A DNA stretch of 32,000 nt from positions 2,460,001-2,492,000 of the forward strand of contig NC_020304.1 in the NCBI RefSeq assembly GCF_000341395.1, given 5' to 3'. A program made the position numbers and the translations under genes. Shown here one piece after another: positions 25,608 through 32,000 of this stretch. The notes beneath the pieces are model-generated. The model had not been told where the DNA came from and ran no database searches. It was given only the letters and a program-made list of their open reading frames with translations. Origin of the DNA: Desulfocapsa sulfexigens DSM 10523. Lineage in GTDB: Bacteria > Desulfobacterota > Desulfobulbia > Desulfobulbales > Desulfocapsaceae. Each line of letters starts with the position of its first letter. The first letter of the stretch is position 1.

Positions 25608-26738
25608 TTATCCGGCCATGAGTGACTTGGTCAGTTGGTGGATGACCTCGCCATCTTTGGTGACCAGTGATCCACTGGTGATTTCATCTTCCATATTCAT
25701 CTTAAAACCATTTTCATCACAGAGATGGAAAAGGAATTTTTCAACATTCTTGGAAAACATCTGAGAGGCGTGAAAGGACATGGTGGAAGGCAGGTTGGCA
25801 TGACCGATAATCTGGACACCATGGACAACAATATTTTCACCAGGTGTGGTGAGCGCACAGTTGCCTCCCATTTCAGCCGCAAGATCGACAATGACAGACC
25901 CGGGTTTCATGGATTTAACCTGTTCTTCACTGATCAGAATAGGCGCTTTCTTGCCGGGAATGAGAGCGGTAGGAATGACCACATCTGATTTAGCAATGTG
26001 TTTGGAAATCAGTTCAGCCTGTTTCTTTTTATATTCATCTGACATCTCTTTGGCATAACCGCCACCGCCCGACCCGTCTTCTTTTATTGGAACTTCAACA
26101 AACTTGGCACCGACTGAATTGACCTGTTCCTTTACTTCGGGGCGGACATCAAATGCTTCAACAACTCCACCAAGACGTTTTGCGGTGGCACAGGCCATAA
26201 GCCCGGCTACTCCGGCACCGAGAACAAGAACTTTCGCTGGGGCAATCGTTCCAGCGGCAGTCATAAGCATGGGGAAAAACTTGTTGATATTATCTGCAGC
26301 AAGGAGCACTGCCTTGTAGCCGGAAATGGTACTCATCGAGGAAAGAACATCCATGGATTGCGCCAGAGTTGTTCGTGGGATGATATCAAGACCGAATGCC
26401 GTGATTTTTTTATCCTGAAATTTTTTGACGATGTCGTGGCGCAGGGTCGACTGGACAATGGAAATATAGAAGGAGCCATCTTTAAGGGCTTCGGCTTCTT
26501 CCATGGATGGCGGGCGAACTTTAATCACACAGTCACCCTGACTGATAAGTTCTGCGGCAGTCGCCACGATGGTGGCTCCTTTATCCGTGTAATCCTGATC
26601 ACTATGACCGGACGCCAGGCCTGCACCTGCTTCAATCAAAACGTCAAAGCCATGTTGGCTAAGTCGCTTGATGGAATCCGGAATGATAGCAACCCTGTTT
26701 TCGCCCTCTTCTGTCTCTTTTAGAACAGCGAGTTTCAT
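25608..26738 (-). CDS. pntAA: NAD(P) transhydrogenase alpha subunit, soluble NAD-binding part (split PntA, N-terminal subunit)
   Basis: MKLAVLKETEEGENRVAIIPDSIKRL, APAKVLVLGAGVAGLMACATAKRLG and AFDVRPEVKEQVNS. Confidence 0.95.
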   Translation of the reverse strand: MKLAVLKETEEGENRVAIIPDSIKRLSQHGFDVLIEAGAGLASGHSDQDYTDKGATIVATAAELISQGDCVIKVRPPSMEEAEALKDGSFYISIVQSTLRHDIVKKFQDKKITAFGLDIIPRTTLAQSMDVLSSMSTISGYKAVLLAADNINKFFPMLMTAAGTIAPAKVLVLGAGVAGLMACATAKRLGGVVEAFDVRPEVKEQVNSVGAKFVEVPIKEDGSGGGGYAKEMSDEYKKKQAELISKHIAKSDVVIPTALIPGKKAPILISEEQVKSMKPGSVIVDLAAEMGGNCALTTPGENIVVHGVQIIGHANLPSTMSFHASQMFSKNVEKFLFHLCDENGFKMNMEDEITSGSLVTKDGEVIHQLTKSLMAG

Positions 26739-26913
26739 GGTGGGTCCTCTCTAAAAAAATATAATGAACTGAACTTTGTCGAATCTTTATATTCCACAGG
26801 TAATGCGGATAAGATTTGAACTGTGAAATGAATGAGCGCTCAATACTACGGTATCTTGGCCTAATGGTCAAGAAATTAGAGGGATTTATGTCAGGAAAAG
26901 GGGAGTCTGTTTT

Positions 26914-28350
26914 TCAGATTGACTGGAGTTTCTCCAGGAGTCGTTGATGAATATTGTCAAAGCCACCGTTGGAAAGAATTGCGACGACATCTTTGGCCTG
27001 GAGGATTTGCAACAGGCTGTCCAGAATAGCATCGGTATCAGGACAGGATTGGGCGTGAAGACCGCGTTTTTTTAGATCATCAGCAAGTTGTCTGGAAGAA
27101 AAAAGCTCATCGCTTGCCACGTTATCAAGGGGGACCGGTTCCCGAATAAAGACAAGATCGGCAGAATCAAAACAGCTGACATAGTCGCGCTGAAAAACAG
27201 CGCGTCGTGAAGAGTTGGTGCGTGGTTCAAAAACAGTAATCAGGCGTTGCCCTGGGTAAGCAGCTTTTAACGCTTTTAATGTCTCCTTGACGGCCGTAGG
27301 GTGGTGAGCAAAGTCATCAATTACGGTTATGTTATTTACTACTCCGCGTACCTCTTGGCGACGCTTGATACCTCCAAACTGTTTGAGTCCCTGATTGATG
27401 GCAGCAGGAGTGACACCTATGCGATGGAGAACTGCAGCAACAGCTAAACTGTTCAGGCAGTTATGGGTACCCGGTAACTGTACTGAGAAATCAGCCCAGT
27501 TTTTACCATGCAGGCGGGCGGTGAAATGAGTTATTCCACCCTCTGCCCGGACATTATGGAGCGACCAGTCCAGATTTGTGTTTTGGCCGTAACCTTGTAC
27601 TTCGCAGGGGGCATCACGCACAACATCCATCACATTGGGATCATCAAGATGGGCGATGATAAGGCCGTCTTTGGGAAGCAGTGAAACAAACTTTTTAAAG
27701 GATCGTTTAATGGCTTCCAGATCAGTAAATATGTCGGCATGATCAAATTCCACCGAAGTTATAATTGCAATGTCTGGCCGATAGTGGAGGAATTTGGATT
27801 CCTTGTCAAAGAAGGCTGTGTCATATTCATCTCCTTCTGAGACAAAATGCTCTCCCTTACCGAGACGAAAATTGGCATCAAATTCCCGGACGATACCGCC
27901 AATCATAAAGGTGGGGTCAAGTCCTGCCCGATTGAGGCAGGATGCAAGAATGGAAGATGTTGTGGTTTTTCCGTGGGTGCCGGTGACCACAAGGGATGTT
28001 CGCGATTGAATAAAGAAATGGGCCAGTGCCTGAGGAAAAGAGAGGTATGGAATTTTAGCCTCGGCCAGTGCCTGTGCTTCAGGATTTATTCTGGTAATGA
28101 CATTCCCCACGATAACAAGATCGGGGCGTGGTTCCAGATTTTGTTTACCGTACCCGTCATGGGCCGTAATACCAATTTCTTCAAGGAAAACAGACATGGG
28201 GGGGTAAACTGATTTGTCGGAGCCGCTGATCTCGTATCCGGAACTTTTCAGCATCCCGGCAAGGGCTGCCATGCCGGTACCACAGATCCCCATGATGTGG
28301 ATGTGGCGGATGGTTTCAGGAGCGCGGTTCAGATCAGGGAGTAGTTCCAT
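26914..28350 (-). CDS. mpl: UDP-N-acetylmuramate:L-alanyl-gamma-D-glutamyl-meso-diaminopimelate ligase (Mpl)
   Basis: Mur ligase HIHIMGICGTGMAALAGMLKSSGYEISGSDKSVYPPMS, VTGTHGKTTTSSIL and FEPRTNSSRRAVFQRDY. Confidence 0.92.
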   Translation of the reverse strand: MELLPDLNRAPETIRHIHIMGICGTGMAALAGMLKSSGYEISGSDKSVYPPMSVFLEEIGITAHDGYGKQNLEPRPDLVIVGNVITRINPEAQALAEAKIPYLSFPQALAHFFIQSRTSLVVTGTHGKTTTSSILASCLNRAGLDPTFMIGGIVREFDANFRLGKGEHFVSEGDEYDTAFFDKESKFLHYRPDIAIITSVEFDHADIFTDLEAIKRSFKKFVSLLPKDGLIIAHLDDPNVMDVVRDAPCEVQGYGQNTNLDWSLHNVRAEGGITHFTARLHGKNWADFSVQLPGTHNCLNSLAVAAVLHRIGVTPAAINQGLKQFGGIKRRQEVRGVVNNITVIDDFAHHPTAVKETLKALKAAYPGQRLITVFEPRTNSSRRAVFQRDYVSCFDSADLVFIREPVPLDNVASDELFSSRQLADDLKKRGLHAQSCPDTDAILDSLLQILQAKDVVAILSNGGFDNIHQRLLEKLQSI

Positions 28351-28511
28351 TACTCTTTTTCCACGGTTGCCTTAATCGTATCAAAGATTTTGGGAAAACC
28401 GATCTCAAAGGTCGCCGGGGTGAGTCTGCCCACCTCAATAAATTTAATGGCTATTTCCTTGGATATCTTCAGGAGCACTTCATCGGCAATTTTACTTTCT
28501 TTACTGTCCAT
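28350..28511 (-). CDS. 53-aa conserved-looking small protein, coupled to mpl
   Basis: Manual translation from ATG 28511: MDSKESKIADEVLLKISKEIAIKFIEVGRLTPATFEIGFPKIFDTIKATVEKE, with its stop overlapping the mpl start (TAATG). Absent from the track, probably because of a length cutoff. Confidence 0.75.
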   Translation of the reverse strand: MDSKESKIADEVLLKISKEIAIKFIEVGRLTPATFEIGFPKIFDTIKATVEKE

Positions 28512-28587
28512 GATTGTCTTTAACTAGTGGTTTCTATACGCAGAATAGCGTCGTAATAATAGTACAACAGTTCAGGTGCTGCATAAG

Positions 28588-28638
28588 CCGTCCCTGTTGT
28601 TGTGAAGAAGGCCAATTCCATTGAAACAACAGGGACGG
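28588..28638. repeat. long inverted repeat (14-bp perfect arms, 23-nt loop)
   Basis: CCGTCCCTGTTGTT (28588-28601) and AACAACAGGGACGG (28625-28638). Confidence 0.8.
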
Positions 28639-28704
28639 GATTCCAACAGAAATAACCGATCAAGCCATCCCTGTGAAAACTACATAATTTATTTTGATTT
28701 AAAA

Positions 28705-29295
28705 TTATGGAAGAGCAGCAATAGATTTTAAATCGATGCTTTTCGCATACTCCATAAGCTCCTCACGGGATACATTCTGTCCCTTAAGGGTAACAAGAAA
28801 ACGGTTGTTGATAACGATGTTAATGTCACCGCCATTGTTTTTAAAATTAACAATCCCCTTATAGCCATTGATTAATTCAAATTGTCCGGCGGAAGCTGCA
28901 AAAATAGGATTGGAAAAAATCATAACCATGGATTGCATCAGTGGCGAATCAGTAACGATGGATATGTTTATAACAGAAGTCTCTTTTGTATAGGTTTTTT
29001 CGGCTGTGAGACCGCCACCAAAAAGAGAAGCTGTGGTAACCTGGGATTTGCCCTCATCTGCTGTCCAGCCTGTGAGAGGTTCAGGAAGCATCCTGCTTAA
29101 TGCTTCACCTTTCTTCTGGCGAATCAACTGACTTGCATAATCGAGACTGCTTGCTGCATTACTGAAATCATTCTTTTTATACTCGTCCAGAGCTTTTTCA
29201 ATGGTCTGGATAACGGGATCTTTTTCTTCACCCTGTACAAATGACGGGATAAGCATAACCAGACAGACAAGCATGGATAGGTGTTTTGCTGACAT
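28705..29295 (-). CDS. hypothetical exported protein
   Basis: Signal peptide MSAKHLSMLVCLVMLIPSFVQGEE, then a helical region and FSNPIFAASAGQFELINGYKGIVNF. The track start is 29322; Met at 29295 gives a better signal peptide. Confidence 0.7.
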   Translation of the reverse strand: MSAKHLSMLVCLVMLIPSFVQGEEKDPVIQTIEKALDEYKKNDFSNAASSLDYASQLIRQKKGEALSRMLPEPLTGWTADEGKSQVTTASLFGGGLTAEKTYTKETSVINISIVTDSPLMQSMVMIFSNPIFAASAGQFELINGYKGIVNFKNNGGDINIVINNRFLVTLKGQNVSREELMEYAKSIDLKSIAALP

Positions 29296-29430
29296 CACAG
29301 ACTCCTGATAGAAGTAATTCAATAACTATTATTCTATTTAATATCCTTAATGCATTCTCACAAGAACTTATCAGGTGCAAGCTGAATTTTTTATGTAAAG
29401 GCGTGGTGGGGGAGGTGAAAGAAAGCATTT

Positions 29431-30705
29431 TCATGTGTCCAGGTGTGTCCGCCCAAGCTCAGCTTCTGCCCGGGAAGCTGTGGCGCGTACCAGAGGGGCA
29501 AGGGTCAATCCCTGCACCAGAACAGAAAACACAACAACCATATATGTTATGGTAACCAGCGCATTACGGATATCACCAGACGGCAGAGAAAGGGCAAGTG
29601 CCACAGAGATACCACCTCGAAGACCTCCCCAGGTGAGAATGGAAACAACCCCTGGCGAAAAACTTCTAAAACGCCGCATAATTCCAATGGGAAGGGCCAC
29701 ACTGATCATACGGGCACTTAACACCAAAGGGATTGCCAGTAATCCTGCCAATAGATATTTTTGATCGAGTGTGATTATTACCAACTCCAGACCTATAAGG
29801 ACAAAGAGCACAGCGTTGAGAACTTCATCAATCAATTCCCAGAATGTATCCAGGTGTTCACGTGTTGATTGAGACATGGCAAGTTTACGGCCGTGGTTAC
29901 CGATTAGCAGCCCTGCTACAACAATGGCTATGGGAGCGGATAGATGGAGAGATTCGGCAAGCACATAACCACCGGTGGTGATAGCCAGGGTAATGAGCAC
30001 TTCAACGGAGTAGTTATCAACCTTTTTCAGCATCCAGAAAGAAATGCCCCCAAGAAGCAGACCATATAAAACTCCACCTACAACCTCTGTTGCAAAAATA
30101 TGAAATATGGTCTCAACCGTTACAGGTTTTGTTCCCGTTGCCATCGCTGCTATCACCAAAAATACAACAACAGCGATACCATCGTTAAAGAGTGATTCAC
30201 CAGCAATTTTTGTCTCAAGGCTCTTAGATGCTCCGGCGGTTTTCAAGATGCCCAGAACCGCGATGGGATCGGTGGGTGATATCAAAGAACCAAAGAGCAG
30301 ACAATAAATCATCGGAATATTCAGATCCAACAAGGCCGAAATGTACCAGGCGCCAATACCAATCAAAAAAGTTGCCCCGATAACGCTTGCTGTTGCAAGG
30401 ATTGCAATTACCAGACGTTGTTTTGCCAGATCCTCCAGATTGATATGTAATGCTCCGGCAAAAAGGAGAAAACTGAGCATTCCATGGAGCAGGGTCGCAT
30501 TAAAATCAATGGAGGTGAGCATTCTTTCAACCTCCTGTCCAATGGTACCGTAACCAAACTTAGCCAGACCGATTAAAACAAGGGACATGACAAGGGCAAT
30601 GGTCATTAAGCCAATGGCCGTCGGCATACGGAGAAAGCGGTAATTTACCCAACTGAATGCGGCAGCCAGGCTGATAAGAATGGCGATAATATGAAATAGC
30701 TGCAT
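29431..30705 (-). CDS. monovalent cation:proton antiporter (NhaP/CPA1 type)
   Basis: GSLISPTDPIAVLGILK, AGESLFNDGIAVVVFLV, FVLIGLELV and SILTWGGLRGGISVALALSLP. Confidence 0.93.
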   Translation of the reverse strand: MQLFHIIAILISLAAAFSWVNYRFLRMPTAIGLMTIALVMSLVLIGLAKFGYGTIGQEVERMLTSIDFNATLLHGMLSFLLFAGALHINLEDLAKQRLVIAILATASVIGATFLIGIGAWYISALLDLNIPMIYCLLFGSLISPTDPIAVLGILKTAGASKSLETKIAGESLFNDGIAVVVFLVIAAMATGTKPVTVETIFHIFATEVVGGVLYGLLLGGISFWMLKKVDNYSVEVLITLAITTGGYVLAESLHLSAPIAIVVAGLLIGNHGRKLAMSQSTREHLDTFWELIDEVLNAVLFVLIGLELVIITLDQKYLLAGLLAIPLVLSARMISVALPIGIMRRFRSFSPGVVSILTWGGLRGGISVALALSLPSGDIRNALVTITYMVVVFSVLVQGLTLAPLVRATASRAEAELGRTHLDT

Positions 30706-30777
30706 GCGATCTTCTTTTTTTTATAGGAATTGTGCCTGGGGACAGTGGTGGAAACCACCCTCTGCAAAGTTTATCCA

Positions 30778-32000
30778 TCAGGGGAGAATGGTAATATCCG
30801 GATACACCCCTTGCATGTTGCCAAAGAGAAATGGTTGGATATTATTTAACGAAAGCTTACGGTTATTCTGTGCGTGTCCTTTAACATTGTTGTTATGCTC
30901 ATGGAAAAAGGCACCGTTAACCTCAAGAATGTGTTGTATCCGGTCTTTAAAAGCCTGAACAAAGGTGGATCCGCTGCCTTCAAAAAACATGTTTCCCTGG
31001 TTGGTATGTGTTTCAATTTTTTTGAGATTCTCGAGTGAAATACTGTTTTCCTGAAGCTCCTGCTGATTGGTGACGAGTCCCCAAACCAGAGTGTCTTGAG
31101 GAATGGAGAGAGTCTCCTCGGAGTCTATAATGGTATGAGGCATGATCACACACCCCTTTCCTATTATGAGCCGATGTTCTGGTTTACCGAAGAGAAAACT
31201 GTTGAAGCCTACAAACACACCTTCATCGAGATCGGCTTCAATTATTTTTGCACCATGGGCTGTGACATTGCCCCCTTCCAGGCGAGAGTTAATGATAAAA
31301 CAATGTTCCTGAGCATTTGCCCCCCTGCCCAAATAGGAATTTTCCAGGTAGGCACGTTGGGCAACAAGTACATTTTCTGAAATCGTTGTGCTTGGCAGAA
31401 CGACGGCATAACGATCAAGTGAGGCGTTTTCCGGTACCTTGATTGTGTCTTCCAGGTTGGCAGCGTCAAAAATCGTATTGAATGCATCTTTGCGTGCCTC
31501 AATGAAATCAATCAGGAGCCCAGTTGGCCCTTTTTCAGGGGAACAGTGAATGTATTGCTTGAGTCTTTTTGTGGGATATTGATAGAGAAAATTAAATTGT
31601 CCCGGGCTGTTGACCCAAATTGTTCCAGGTTCGACGTTGAGGTGATTGATCTCGCCGGCCTGTATGTAGGAATAAGGGCCTATTACGCAATCGCGCATGG
31701 TTGTAAGATCAATTGTTGCAAAAGAACCAAGAAAACAGCCATCAGAGGGCGCTCCATGGATATTTGAGTAATCAAGCGCCAGTGTATCCTTGATGAAAAA
31801 ACGTTCGGGAGTCTCGGGATCATGAGAGTAGTTGTGCACCAGTGTCTTTATAAGAGCACTGGTTTCTATGTCTATAAGCTCGTCTTTTGCAAGATCAATA
31901 CTGAAGTGTTTGTATTGAAAGGTGTCCCCTTTTCGCTTGAGTTCGTCACCTCGTATATCTGATTTGTAGAGCAGCGAATCTGATATTCGACAATTACCAA
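30778..32000 (-). CDS. left-handed beta-helix (hexapeptide transferase-like) protein, partial; runs off the right window edge
   Basis: Repeated hexapeptide-like turns (GCFLGSFATIDLTTMRDCVIGPYSYIQAGEI; VLVAQRAYLENSYLGRGANAQEHCFIINSRLEGGNVTAHGAKIIEADLDEGVFVG). The frame is open upstream of the track start (GTG 31839) to base 2000+30000: ...GNCRISDSLLYKSDIRGDELKRKGDTFQYKHFSIDLAKDELIDIETSALIKTLVHNYSHD. Confidence 0.75.
   Translation of the reverse strand, partial: GNCRISDSLLYKSDIRGDELKRKGDTFQYKHFSIDLAKDELIDIETSALIKTLVHNYSHDPETPERFFIKDTLALDYSNIHGAPSDGCFLGSFATIDLTTMRDCVIGPYSYIQAGEINHLNVEPGTIWVNSPGQFNFLYQYPTKRLKQYIHCSPEKGPTGLLIDFIEARKDAFNTIFDAANLEDTIKVPENASLDRYAVVLPSTTISENVLVAQRAYLENSYLGRGANAQEHCFIINSRLEGGNVTAHGAKIIEADLDEGVFVGFNSFLFGKPEHRLIIGKGCVIMPHTIIDSEETLSIPQDTLVWGLVTNQQELQENSISLENLKKIETHTNQGNMFFEGSGSTFVQAFKDRIQHILEVNGAFFHEHNNNVKGHAQNNRKLSLNNIQPFLFGNMQGVYPDITILP

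Overview
This window reads as chromosomal DNA from an anaerobic, sulfate-reducer-like deltaproteobacterium; that lineage is inferred from gene content only. Most of it is ordinary housekeeping sequence: a TamA/D15-type outer membrane protein, a LysE-family exporter, a PLP aminotransferase, a J-domain protein, ftsY, an Mrp/NBP35 ATPase, an MBL-fold hydrolase, selB, tilS, a split pyridine nucleotide transhydrogenase, mpl, a Na+/H+ antiporter and a hexapeptide-type protein. A minus-strand run from 16.3 to 10.0 kb holds ftsH, a catalytically degenerate histidine-kinase-like protein, a NapC/NirT multiheme cytochrome, a Tat-type 4Fe-4S protein and an NrfD-like membrane protein. The most interesting region is about 16.5-20.45 kb. 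It encodes a PAS histidine kinase and an NtrC-type (REC-PAS-AAA-Fis) regulator. Next comes an intergenic region with seven TGTCCC-type motifs spaced 11,11,11,11,11,10 bp apart and a near-consensus sigma-54 promoter (CTGGCACG-GAGC-ATGCA). These sit immediately upstream of two tandem paralogous 74-aa single-TM proteins of unknown function (47/74 identical by hand alignment). A structured intergenic element near 21.4-21.5 kb and a 14-bp-arm inverted repeat near 28.6 kb are unexplained. I found no CRISPR arrays, tRNAs, rRNAs or convincing mobile elements.
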